Source of the DNA: Candidatus Hydrogenedentota bacterium
GTDB taxonomy: Bacteria; Hydrogenedentota; Hydrogenedentia; Hydrogenedentales; SLHB01
Direction: 5' to 3'
Assembly (NCBI GenBank): GCA_963745075.1
Contig: CAVUWV010000011.1
Coordinates: 96,001-160,000 of the forward strand
DNA length: 64,000 bases
The first letter of the stretch is position 1. Each line of letters begins with the position of its first letter. The notes beneath the pieces were generated by a model. The model was not told where the DNA came from. It ran no database searches and saw only the letters and a program-made list of their open reading frames with translations. The position numbers were made by a program, and so were the translations under genes. Below are positions 10,238-19,191 of the stretch, in pieces.

Positions 10238-10341
10238 ATCCTATCCAAACATCTTGGTATGAGGGGGGTGGAATTACCCCAAGTGCGTAATCCTAATCGA
10301 ATTGGCGATTGATTCAAAGTCCGGCGCGGAATCAGAGCGTG

Positions 10342-13300
10342 TCACTGAGGGCGTTGCGACGCCGGACTTGACATTGGACCAGGTGATTTCAGGCGCTGGG
10401 CCTGCGGACCGAGCACGGCGTAGATTCGGGGCATCGAATCTTTCGCGGTGAATTGCCGCTTGGCCGCATCACATTTCTGATCCGCCAGTGGTTCCCATTG
10501 GCGGTGGTCATTCAAGGCATAGAGGGACAAGTTCTCGACCGTTTCCGGTGCACACACGTCCTGCTGCACACGCAGATGAACCGTCAAATCCACGGGTTTG
10601 CTCGGCGATTGGCAGTCGGCCGCAACGAACTCGGTAAACGCCGCCATGCCGCCCGGCAACGGCGCGGGTGGTTCCTCAAAGGCAATCAACCGTGCGCCAA
10701 ACGGCGCTTCGGAACGCATTTCGACAAGGCCATCCACCTGCGGCGGTTGAAGGCGGAGGTTGGAGCCCCAGGTGATTGCCCCTTGCCGCGTCTTGGTGTC
10801 CGCCTGTGCGGCCGCAGCGATCAGGGGCGGGGGAGATTGCACCGGGACGGGTTCGCGCGACGGCTCCATGACGGCCGGCGAACGGGACGGCACCAACGGC
10901 GCGAAGGGAAGCTGCGGTTCGGGGTCCACTGCCTTCGGGACGGCGGGCATCAACGGCTCCGCCGGTTCATCCGGAATGGTCTCCGCAACGCGAACCCGCT
11001 TGGCCACATCCGGCGCGCGCCGGTAATCGGCGGGCCCGAGCACGGCGTACGTTCGCAACTCCCGGTCGCGACAGGTGAAGGTCTGGGCCTGCGCGTTCAC
11101 TTCCTGGGCTTGAAGGGGCGTCCAGCCGTTCGTCGAATCGTACGCGTAAACGGCGAGGTAGGGTAGGTGTTCCGGTGCGCAGAGTTCCGGTCCCACATGG
11201 ATCGTCATGTCAACCGAAGACGGGACCGTCACCGGATCTTGCGCGAGTCGTGCATACACGGTGAACGTTGCCAGGTCGGGGGGCAATGGGGCGGGGGATT
11301 CGGAAAACATTTTGGTGGTAACCTTGACCGGATCCCGTGCCGTGATCGTGCATTCGGCCTCCATTCCCGGCGGTGAAACGCGGACCTGCGAACCAAAACC
11401 GCTCTCGGCGAGACGGCGCACTTCCGAGGGATCGAAGTGCGTGAATTTCAACCTCCGGTCCCGGAGCAACTGCATCTGATCCGCGAAGTGGGGAGACTCC
11501 GGATCTTCCGACGCACCGAAGGGCACCATGCTTACCGCGCGCGTGCGTTCCGGGCCGAAGGCGACGACCATGCCGAATCCGTACCCATAGCCAACCTGCC
11601 ATGTGTGGTCGGTGTATACGTCGTCCGACGCCACAAACAACGGTTGTCCCGACATACCGCCCGGAGCGGGCATGGTCGTTTCGCCGCGCACGAAGGTATG
11701 CACGTCGCCCCAAGGCACGTTCAGCGTCTGAAACTCGCCGCGCAGCAGCATGGCGGCTTCTTCCGCGGCGCGCAATCCCGTCTTCTGGATTTCGTCGGAG
11801 TTCGCACCCAGCGTTTTGACCAATTCCACATCGTTGTAGATCCCGGTCATTTGGTGCAGCGTGGTCCACCACACGTGAAAGTACGTCATGCCGGGGCTGT
11901 CCGGTTCGGCCACGTAGTTCCAACCGTGGATGCCGTCAATGCACGGCGCCAGATCGGGATGGGCGTTCAAGACCCAGTCGCGGTGGGTGTCCGCAGTTTG
12001 CTTGAGCCACGGCACCGCGTACATGGCCGCCGGCACGAGCACGTCGTACAGCATCGCCTGCACGTCGTTGAAGGATCGCTGGCCTAGCGCAAGCAGCCGG
12101 CGCGCCCGTTGCGCGCGAAACGAGTCCACGTCGCGTGCGAACCACCCCGGCCAATCGGCAGCCTTGAGATCGGTGCGTTCCGATGCATCCCACGGGGGGG
12201 TACCGCAGGCCTGGATGTAGCCTGCGGCCGGATTGGTCAGCGACGGCAGCGCTGAAGGTGGAATGATTGGCCCCCATTCAAACGTGGAACTGCCACCGGG
12301 GACCGGCAAAGACCAATCGACGGTGCGCGGCGACGTGTTCGGTTCGGCATCCTTCTCACCGGAATTCGCCGGTACCGCCAGATCTGCGGGGCCGGGCCAA
12401 TATTTGTTCCCCACCTTCGTGTTGTAGAGGTAGAAGATGTTGCCCTCGCGGTCCGCGTAGACGATGTGAAAACAGGGTAACTGGTGCAAGTCGAGAGCGT
12501 TTTGAAACTGTTTGAGATTCTGCGCGGCCGCCATGAGATGAAACTGGCGCAAGGCCCCGAAATCCCGGTATCCCCCGATGTGGTACGACGCGAAGCGGCC
12601 TTTTTCCTTGCCGACGATCGGTCCGCGCTTAGTGTCGAGGTAGGGTACCTGCCGCTCTTCCATGCCGCCCGGCTGGCGGACATAATAGGTGCGTGAGTTC
12701 GCGACCATTTGGAGGTAGCGCATTGAATCGCGGTTGGCAAAGACCGAGGCGGGATTCTTTGGATCGACGTCGCCCGACGAGCCGGGCTCCAGGTACACGT
12801 CGGCGAAATCGTTGAAATTCGGGGTCAACGCCCAGCCCAATACGCCATTGTGGCCCATCATGATTGTCGGAATCCCGAACAGCGTGGCACCCGCCATGTT
12901 GAAGTCGCCCACCGTGAGCTGCGCTTCGTACCACTGGAAAGGACCACCGTAGTCCGTGTGTGGATTGATGGCGATCATCGTCTCGCCCGTGGTGGTTCGC
13001 GACGGCGCCAGGGCCCAGGCATTGCCGGTGGTGGCCGCAGGTGCACGGCCCCAGACGTTGGGCAGGTCAAAGGGCGCAAAACTCATCAGGTAGCAGTGAA
13101 TGAGGGCGAGGATTTCTTCTGGTCGCACGCCGTCCGCCCATTCCGGCGCGTCGCCGGGGTGATCGACGAGCCACGTGTTCACACCCAGCGCAAACCCCGA
13201 GCACAGGTCGGCCGTGATGGGATCGGCATACGGAAAGGACGCGCGCGCCGCTTCCAAATGCCCGAGCTTCAGTGCGAATTCGTCGGAATCGGCATACGCT

Positions 13301-13590
13301 TCGCCGTAGACTTCCGCCGCACGGCCGGAGGCGACGCGGTAGGCTTTGAGCATTGCTTCGATGTGATCGTCCGCCTGGGCATAGCCGAAGGCGAAAGCCA
13401 TCGCGTAGAAATTGTCCGCCTGGATATGGGGGACGCCCCACTCGTCCCGGTAAATCGTGGCCTGTTCCCACAGCGCCCGCGGGTCTTGAATGGGCTGGGC
13501 AACGGCACGGACGGTTCCCAGGCAGAGGAGAGTCGCACAAAGCGTCCTCAAGAATCTGACGCATAAGGACTGGAACGAAGACCTGAACAT
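10342..13590 (-). CDS. secreted penicillin acylase (S45/Ntn-hydrolase)-fold protein with degenerate active site and two tandem C-terminal domains
   Basis: Signal peptide; IYRDEWGVPHI, FGYAQADD, xNAW..INPH, GWALT, GASEDPESPHFADQ. TGNAW replaces GSNxW. Duplicated ~120-aa domain ending YAVLGP. Confidence 0.85.
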   Translation of the reverse strand: MFRSSFQSLCVRFLRTLCATLLCLGTVRAVAQPIQDPRALWEQATIYRDEWGVPHIQADNFYAMAFAFGYAQADDHIEAMLKAYRVASGRAAEVYGEAYADSDEFALKLGHLEAARASFPYADPITADLCSGFALGVNTWLVDHPGDAPEWADGVRPEEILALIHCYLMSFAPFDLPNVWGRAPAATTGNAWALAPSRTTTGETMIAINPHTDYGGPFQWYEAQLTVGDFNMAGATLFGIPTIMMGHNGVLGWALTPNFNDFADVYLEPGSSGDVDPKNPASVFANRDSMRYLQMVANSRTYYVRQPGGMEERQVPYLDTKRGPIVGKEKGRFASYHIGGYRDFGALRQFHLMAAAQNLKQFQNALDLHQLPCFHIVYADREGNIFYLYNTKVGNKYWPGPADLAVPANSGEKDAEPNTSPRTVDWSLPVPGGSSTFEWGPIIPPSALPSLTNPAAGYIQACGTPPWDASERTDLKAADWPGWFARDVDSFRAQRARRLLALGQRSFNDVQAMLYDVLVPAAMYAVPWLKQTADTHRDWVLNAHPDLAPCIDGIHGWNYVAEPDSPGMTYFHVWWTTLHQMTGIYNDVELVKTLGANSDEIQKTGLRAAEEAAMLLRGEFQTLNVPWGDVHTFVRGETTMPAPGGMSGQPLFVASDDVYTDHTWQVGYGYGFGMVVAFGPERTRAVSMVPFGASEDPESPHFADQMQLLRDRRLKFTHFDPSEVRRLAESGFGSQVRVSPPGMEAECTITARDPVKVTTKMFSESPAPLPPDLATFTVYARLAQDPVTVPSSVDMTIHVGPELCAPEHLPYLAVYAYDSTNGWTPLQAQEVNAQAQTFTCRDRELRTYAVLGPADYRRAPDVAKRVRVAETIPDEPAEPLMPAVPKAVDPEPQLPFAPLVPSRSPAVMEPSREPVPVQSPPPLIAAAAQADTKTRQGAITWGSNLRLQPPQVDGLVEMRSEAPFGARLIAFEEPPAPLPGGMAAFTEFVAADCQSPSKPVDLTVHLRVQQDVCAPETVENLSLYALNDHRQWEPLADQKCDAAKRQFTAKDSMPRIYAVLGPQAQRLKSPGPMSSPASQRPQ

Positions 13591-13634
13591 TAGCCCAATA
13601 CTTTTTCCGGGATGAGAATCTTGGCGTACAAGGA

Positions 13635-13664
13635 ATCGTCGCCTTTAGGACGGGCTTTTGTCAA
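13635..13664 (-). promoter_or_regulatory. possible sigma70 promoter for the acylase-like gene
   Basis: Minus strand TTGACA, 18 nt, GACGAT, about 45 nt upstream of the ATG. Confidence 0.3.
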
Positions 13665-13683
13665 TTAAATACGTCGTTCGCGA

Positions 13684-14517
13684 TCAGACGAAGGCCACTG
13701 CATTCCCTTCCCCGCCAATGGCCGCACCGACCATATGTGGCGTGTTGTGGGCATATCCAATCTGGCCCTTCGTATCGAGACAAATGAGACCGCCGTGACC
13801 CCGAATCTCATCCAAGAGCGCGATGCCGGCCTCCGCCGCCAATTGCGGTAACTTCAAGTGTGTCAATAACTCAGCCGCGCTCCGAGAGATCATCACCCGC
13901 ATCAAGTCCTCGCCCATGCCCGTCGCCGACACGCCGCACCGGGCGTCCGCGTAGGCACCGCATCCGAGCAGGGGAGAGTCGCCCACGCGTCCCGGCATCT
14001 TGTCCCGCGTGCCGCCTGTGGACGTGGCCGCGGCGATCCGGCCGTCCGCATCCAATGCAACGGCGCCGACCGTATCCTGTGCGGGGTTGGCGACGGCCGG
14101 CACAACGAGGCGTTCGGTTGGATAGTCGTCGAAACCGTTCGCATGGGCGAACCGCGTCGCTCCCTCCGCTACCAAGAATCGATGAGGGGTCGATTCCATG
14201 ATCTTGCGTGCGACGGATATCGGGTGTTGAACGTTGCGGATTCCCGCCACCGCGCCGAAGTCGCGCGCCGCGCCATCCACGATCAGCGCATCCATCTCCA
14301 CTTCCCCGGCGGTGGTCGCATGCGATCCGGTTCCCGCATTGAAGAGCGGGTGGTCTTCGAGTAATCGCACCGCATATTCGACGGCATCGAATGCTGACGC
14401 GCCGTCTTTCAACAACCGGTGTGCCGCATCACGCGCGGCTTCGCATCCGGCCCTCGCGACGGAATGTTTGTCCTCCGGCCATGTTCCGGCTCCTCCGTGT
14501 ACGATGATCGCTATCAA
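13684..14517 (-). CDS. isoaspartyl peptidase / plant-type L-asparaginase
   Basis: IIVHGGAG, LEDHPLFNAG, EMDA, DTVGAVA (Thr nucleophile), ATSTGG, GRVGDSP, SATGMGE. Start reassigned to TTG at 14517 (AGGGAG upstream), shorter than the ORF-track call. Confidence 0.9.
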   Translation of the reverse strand: MIAIIVHGGAGTWPEDKHSVARAGCEAARDAAHRLLKDGASAFDAVEYAVRLLEDHPLFNAGTGSHATTAGEVEMDALIVDGAARDFGAVAGIRNVQHPISVARKIMESTPHRFLVAEGATRFAHANGFDDYPTERLVVPAVANPAQDTVGAVALDADGRIAAATSTGGTRDKMPGRVGDSPLLGCGAYADARCGVSATGMGEDLMRVMISRSAAELLTHLKLPQLAAEAGIALLDEIRGHGGLICLDTKGQIGYAHNTPHMVGAAIGGEGNAVAFV

Positions 14518-14637
14518 GAAGTGGCTCCCTGCTGGTTGCACACATCGTAACAGAGCGAACGCCGTTTTCTCTGCAATCGTGCACTCCACAACCGAGGAAA
14601 GTGGTGCTAGCCCTCCCGGATTTCGTAACCTGCTGGC

Positions 14638-15729
14638 ATGCACAGCACCAGCGCACCTCCCGATCTCACACGACGTGCATTCCTGGGCGCCGCTATCTCC
14701 GGCGTAGCCGCCGCAGGATTCCTGACCGCGCAGTCGCAAGACGTTCCGCCCAGCGCCGCGAAACTCCCTCGATGGCGAGGGTTCAATTTGCAGGAGAAGT
14801 TTATCGCGGAGCGAAAGGGCCCGTTTAACGAAAGCGACTTCGAATGGATCGCGGGTTGGGGCTTCGATTTTGTGCGGCTGCCGATGGATTACCGGTGTTG
14901 GTCAAAACAGGATGACTGGTTCACCCTCGATGACGCGGAGCTGAAACAGGTCGATCGGGCGGTTGAATTCGGCCGGCAACACGGCGTGCACGTATGCCTC
15001 GACTTTCATCGCGCGCCCGGCTACTCAGTCAACCCCAATCCGCCCGAGCCGATATCGCTATGGGATGATGCCAAGGCACAGGAAGCATTCGCGTTTCAGT
15101 GGGCTCATTTCGCGGAGCGATACAAAGGCATTCCAAATTCAGCGATCAGTTTCGATCTCCTCAACGAACCGGCCAAGGTGCCTACGGACAAATATGTCGC
15201 CGTCGCACGAAAGGCGATTGACGCGATTCGTGCCGTGGACCCGAACCGGCTCATCATCTCTGATGGTCTGCAATGGGGGCGCGTGCCCATACAGGACCTT
15301 GCCGACGCGGGCATCGCCCAGAGCACGCGCGGCTACGATCCCATGCGCCTGACTCATTACAAGGCGTCCTGGGTTAACGGTGCCGATACGTGGAATGAAC
15401 CGACGTGGCCTCTCACGTTTGGCGACACGGTATGGGATAAAGAGCGTCTTTACAAGACTACCATTGCTCCCTGGAAAGCGCTCGAAGCGGAAGGCGTCGG
15501 CGTCCATGTGGGCGAGTGGGGCGCGTTCAACCAAACACCCCATGAGGTCACCCTCGCCTGGATGCGCGATTTCCTGGAACTCTGGCAGGACGCAGGCTGG
15601 GGTTGGGCGTTGTGGAATCTCCGTGGCGGTTTCGGACCCCTCGATTCTCAACGGGCCGATGTCACCTACGAAGACTTCCACGGTCACGCGTTGGACCGTG
15701 AGATGCTGGAACTGCTCCGTGCGCATTGA
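14638..15729 (+). CDS. Tat-exported glycoside hydrolase family 5
   Basis: TRRAFLG Tat motif; WRGFNL, DFVRLP, LLNEP (acid/base), VGEWG (nucleophile), GWALWN. Confidence 0.9.
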   Translation: MHSTSAPPDLTRRAFLGAAISGVAAAGFLTAQSQDVPPSAAKLPRWRGFNLQEKFIAERKGPFNESDFEWIAGWGFDFVRLPMDYRCWSKQDDWFTLDDAELKQVDRAVEFGRQHGVHVCLDFHRAPGYSVNPNPPEPISLWDDAKAQEAFAFQWAHFAERYKGIPNSAISFDLLNEPAKVPTDKYVAVARKAIDAIRAVDPNRLIISDGLQWGRVPIQDLADAGIAQSTRGYDPMRLTHYKASWVNGADTWNEPTWPLTFGDTVWDKERLYKTTIAPWKALEAEGVGVHVGEWGAFNQTPHEVTLAWMRDFLELWQDAGWGWALWNLRGGFGPLDSQRADVTYEDFHGHALDREMLELLRAH

Positions 15730-15757
15730 ATAGGGTAACGCGTGAAGGGAGCCGCAC

Positions 15758-16540
15758 GTGAGCGAACAATCCAAATCCTGGGACGCGGAACTCTACGACG
15801 GCAAGCACGCCTACGTTTACGCCTATGGCGCGGAAGTTGTGAACCTGCTTGCGCCCCAATCCGGGGAGCGCATTCTCGATCTCGGTTGCGGCACGGGGCA
15901 TTTGACCAACGCCATTGCCCAGTCCGGCGCCGATGCGTTTGGCCTGGATAGCTCCGCCAACATGATTGCCAAGGCCCGCGTCGCCTACCCGAACCTGCAC
16001 TTCGACGTCGCGGACGCCCGTGATTTCAAAGTCGAGCCGCAGGTCGACGCCGTGTTCTCGAACGCCGTCCTGCACTGGGTGCTGGAGCCGGAACGCGCGG
16101 TCACCGGTATTGCCGACGCGCTGAAACCGGGCGGACGGTTCGTGGCCGAGTTCGGCGGGCGGGGGAATGTGGATCGAATTGTCTCGGCCGTTCGCGCCGT
16201 TCTCGACGAAATGGGTACTCCGCCGTCAGTCGGGCGAGGCTGGTGGTTCTTTCCAGGCATCGCGGAGTATTCCCATTTGCTGGAGAAGGCCGGTCTCGAA
16301 GTCGTGTACGCGGCCTTGATCGATCGTCCTACTTTGTTGGAAGATGGGGAGGACGGTTTTCGTAACTGGTTGAAAATGTTCGCTGAACACGCGATTTCCG
16401 AAGTTCCGGAAGACTTGCGGGAGGACTTTTATTCCCGCATAGAATCGCGCTTGCGGGTACAATTACATCATGATGGCGCGTGGCACGCCGACTACCGTCG
16501 GATTCGCGTCAAGGCCGTCAAGCAGGGCAGTATCGAATAA
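15758..16540 (+). CDS. class I SAM-dependent methyltransferase
   Basis: ILDLGCGTG, DAVFSNAVLHWV, LKPGGRF, ADYRRIR. Confidence 0.9.
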   Translation: MSEQSKSWDAELYDGKHAYVYAYGAEVVNLLAPQSGERILDLGCGTGHLTNAIAQSGADAFGLDSSANMIAKARVAYPNLHFDVADARDFKVEPQVDAVFSNAVLHWVLEPERAVTGIADALKPGGRFVAEFGGRGNVDRIVSAVRAVLDEMGTPPSVGRGWWFFPGIAEYSHLLEKAGLEVVYAALIDRPTLLEDGEDGFRNWLKMFAEHAISEVPEDLREDFYSRIESRLRVQLHHDGAWHADYRRIRVKAVKQGSIE

Positions 16541-16587
16541 AGTTCTCACCGCCGCGTCCGATATACCAAGTAAGGTAGAAACGCTCG

Positions 16588-18189
16588 ATGACGCTCCGGA
16601 TACTGGCAATTGGTCTCATCATCAGCGGAATGGTGGGGTTCGCCGCGCACGCGGATGGACCGCGTCCGCACGCGGGGCCCGTGTATATCGTCGAAGTCAC
16701 GCTAGCCAATCCGGGCACGGACGTTGATCGGTTGTCCGATGCCGGATTCTCGGTTAGCAGCTTGAACGGAAACGTGGCGACCGTCTACGCCACGGTCGAT
16801 GAATTGCTGTGGCTAAAGGCCCAGGGGTTCTCTTACACCGTCGCCAAACAGCAACCCCGCACCGCTGCTCCGAAAGGCGGCGCCAAAGCGCTCGGTGAAT
16901 ATCATTCCTACGCGGACATGACGACGCTGCTCCAGTCCTACGCGTCCGCTTACGGCGCCAATCAAGCAATCCATCCGGACATCTGCCGGCTGTTTTCCCT
17001 GGGGCAGTCCGTGGAAGGGCGCGAACTGTGGGCCATGCTTATTACGGACCATCCCGACGTTGAGGAGTTCGAGCCCGAATTCAAATACGTGTCGACCATT
17101 CACGGCGACGAGACCGTCGGCACCGAGATGTGTCTGTACTTTGTCGACTACCTGTTGAATCAGTACGGCGTGACCGATCGCATTACGCGGCTCGTGAATC
17201 GTACGGCCATTTGGGTCGTGCCCCTGATGAACCCCGACGGGCAGGTTGCCGTCACGCGGTACAACGCAAACGGATACGACCTGAACCGATCGTTCCCGGC
17301 CTGGCCCGCCGATTTTTCCGGTACCCAATTTGACGGGGCCTCCCCGGATCTGTTTGGACGGCAGCCGGAAGTGCAGCACGTCATGGAATGGACGGCGGAC
17401 AACAGCTTCACCCTGTCCGCTAATCTTCACACGGGCGCGCTTCTGGTGAATTACCCCTACGACGACGACGGAATGGGATCGGGCCACGACGCCCCGACGC
17501 CGGACGACGCGCTGTTCGAGTACGTGTCGGAAACGTATTCCATGTTCAATACGCCCATGTATACCAATTCGGTGCCGTCGTTCCCGAAAGGCATCACGAA
17601 CGGTTCGGCGTGGTACCAAATCGACGGCGGCATGCAGGACTGGAACTATCGCTACGTCGGCTGCAATGAAGTGACCATCGAGTTGTCGCCAATCAAAATT
17701 CCCGATGCAAACACGCTTTCGACCTTGTGGGACAACAATCGCGATTCCATGATCGCCTACGCGGAGATGGCCGACATCGGCATTCGCGGCCGGGTACGGG
17801 ATAAGGTTACGGGGGAACCCATCTACGCCAAGGTCGAGGTCGTCGGCAACGACCAGCCGGTGTTCACCGATCCCGACGTGGGCGATTACCACCGTATGCT
17901 GTTGCCCGGCGCCTACACGCTCAAGTACTCCGCCCCGGGGTATAAGAGCAAGCGGCGGCGGGATATCGTCGTGACGGACGGCCGCGCGGTGCGCGTCAAC
18001 GTGAAACTGAAACCCCTCGTCGTTAATACCGACATCAATGGCGACGGCGAGACGAATGCCTCTGACGTGCAACTCGTCGTCCTTGCCGTTCTCGGCAAGT
18101 CTATCGCCTACGATCCCGACGCCAACGGCGACGGCTCCGTCGACACCGTTGACCTGCAACTCGTCGTCAACGGCGTCAGCCAAGGCTGA
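16588..18189 (+). CDS. secreted M14 zinc carboxypeptidase (CPD/CPE-like) with transthyretin-like domain and C-terminal dockerin
   Basis: IHGDE, RYNANGYDLNRSF, SANLH, GGMQDWNY, TIELS; GDYHRMLLPG; two Ca loops DINGDGETNASD and DANGDGSVDTVD. Confidence 0.9.
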   Translation: MTLRILAIGLIISGMVGFAAHADGPRPHAGPVYIVEVTLANPGTDVDRLSDAGFSVSSLNGNVATVYATVDELLWLKAQGFSYTVAKQQPRTAAPKGGAKALGEYHSYADMTTLLQSYASAYGANQAIHPDICRLFSLGQSVEGRELWAMLITDHPDVEEFEPEFKYVSTIHGDETVGTEMCLYFVDYLLNQYGVTDRITRLVNRTAIWVVPLMNPDGQVAVTRYNANGYDLNRSFPAWPADFSGTQFDGASPDLFGRQPEVQHVMEWTADNSFTLSANLHTGALLVNYPYDDDGMGSGHDAPTPDDALFEYVSETYSMFNTPMYTNSVPSFPKGITNGSAWYQIDGGMQDWNYRYVGCNEVTIELSPIKIPDANTLSTLWDNNRDSMIAYAEMADIGIRGRVRDKVTGEPIYAKVEVVGNDQPVFTDPDVGDYHRMLLPGAYTLKYSAPGYKSKRRRDIVVTDGRAVRVNVKLKPLVVNTDINGDGETNASDVQLVVLAVLGKSIAYDPDANGDGSVDTVDLQLVVNGVSQG

Positions 18190-18234
18190 CGGATTAACCG
18201 AAAGCGATCCGCAAATCGTCCCACGGCCCATCGC

Positions 18235-18313
18235 GTCATTCTGAACGAAGTGAAGAATCGTGCTTTCCCGTGGATTGCGGCGGAACGAGATTCTCTACTT
18301 CGTTCAGAATGAT
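18235..18313. repeat. GTCATTCTGA-type inverted repeat (REP-like)
   Basis: Arm GTCATTCTGAACGAAGTGAAGAATC (18235-18259) pairs with GATTCTCTACTTCGTTCAGAATGAT (18289-18313). Confidence 0.75.
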
Positions 18314-18420
18314 GGTACGCGCGGTATCTTCAGCCATTCGTTTTCAAACCCAACCCCGCGTCGCTATAATCGTCTGAAACCCATCGAACGATCTGCGCAC
18401 CACGACGGGAGAAAGACACC

Positions 18421-19191
18421 ATGGCTGACGTAATTGATTACCAAATCCACGGCGACGATATGCAGCTTGTGGAGGTTGAATTGGACCCGGGTGAAGGCGT
18501 GCGCGCGGAAGCCGGCGCCATGACCTTCATGGAAGACGGCATCCAGATGGAGACGTCCACGGGCGGCGGCCTTTTCAAAGGGTTCAAACGCATGGTCACC
18601 GGGGAGAGTTTCTTCATTACGACCTTCCTCAATACCGAAAACGGCAAGCGCAAAGTTGGCTTTGCCGCCCCTTATCCCGGAAAGATCATTCCCCTGGAAC
18701 TCGGGCAGCTCGGCGGGACCTTCCTTTGTCAGAAGGACTCGTTCTTGTGCGCCGAGAAGAGCACGGAGATCAACGTCGCCTTTACGAAGAAACTCGGCGC
18801 GGGGCTGTTCGGCGGGGAGGGTTTCATCCTCCAGAAATTGGAGGGTGACGGCATGACGTTCGTCCATGCAGGCGGTACCGTCATCCGCCGCGACCTCGGT
18901 CCGGGAGAGCGGCTGCGTGTCGATACCGGATGTCTTGTGGCGTTTCCGCCGCAGGTGCGCTACGACATCGAAGCCGTCGGCGGGTTTAAGAACATGTTGT
19001 TCGGCGGGGAAGGTTTGTTCCTGGCGACGTTGACAGGACCCGGACCGGTCCTGCTGCAAAGCCTGCCCTTCTCGCGTCTGGCCGACCGGATGATGGCGGC
19101 AGCGGGCGGTCACCGTGGCGAACAAAAAGGCGTCGCCGGGCTTGGCGGCAACATTCTCGGCGGCTTGCTCGGGGGCGACACGAACTTCTAG
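18421..19191 (+). CDS. AIM24/TIGR00266 family protein
   Basis: [50 protein letters not shown]-17-TATAAT upstream at 18342-18370. Confidence 0.88.
   Translation: MADVIDYQIHGDDMQLVEVELDPGEGVRAEAGAMTFMEDGIQMETSTGGGLFKGFKRMVTGESFFITTFLNTENGKRKVGFAAPYPGKIIPLELGQLGGTFLCQKDSFLCAEKSTEINVAFTKKLGAGLFGGEGFILQKLEGDGMTFVHAGGTVIRRDLGPGERLRVDTGCLVAFPPQVRYDIEAVGGFKNMLFGGEGLFLATLTGPGPVLLQSLPFSRLADRMMAAAGGHRGEQKGVAGLGGNILGGLLGGDTNF

Noticed and set aside
14518..14739. N-terminal extension of the asparaginase ORF overlapping the GH5 gene
   Set aside because: Family homology begins at IIVHGGAG and a TTG with an RBS lies at 14517; the extension is an ORF-caller artefact.
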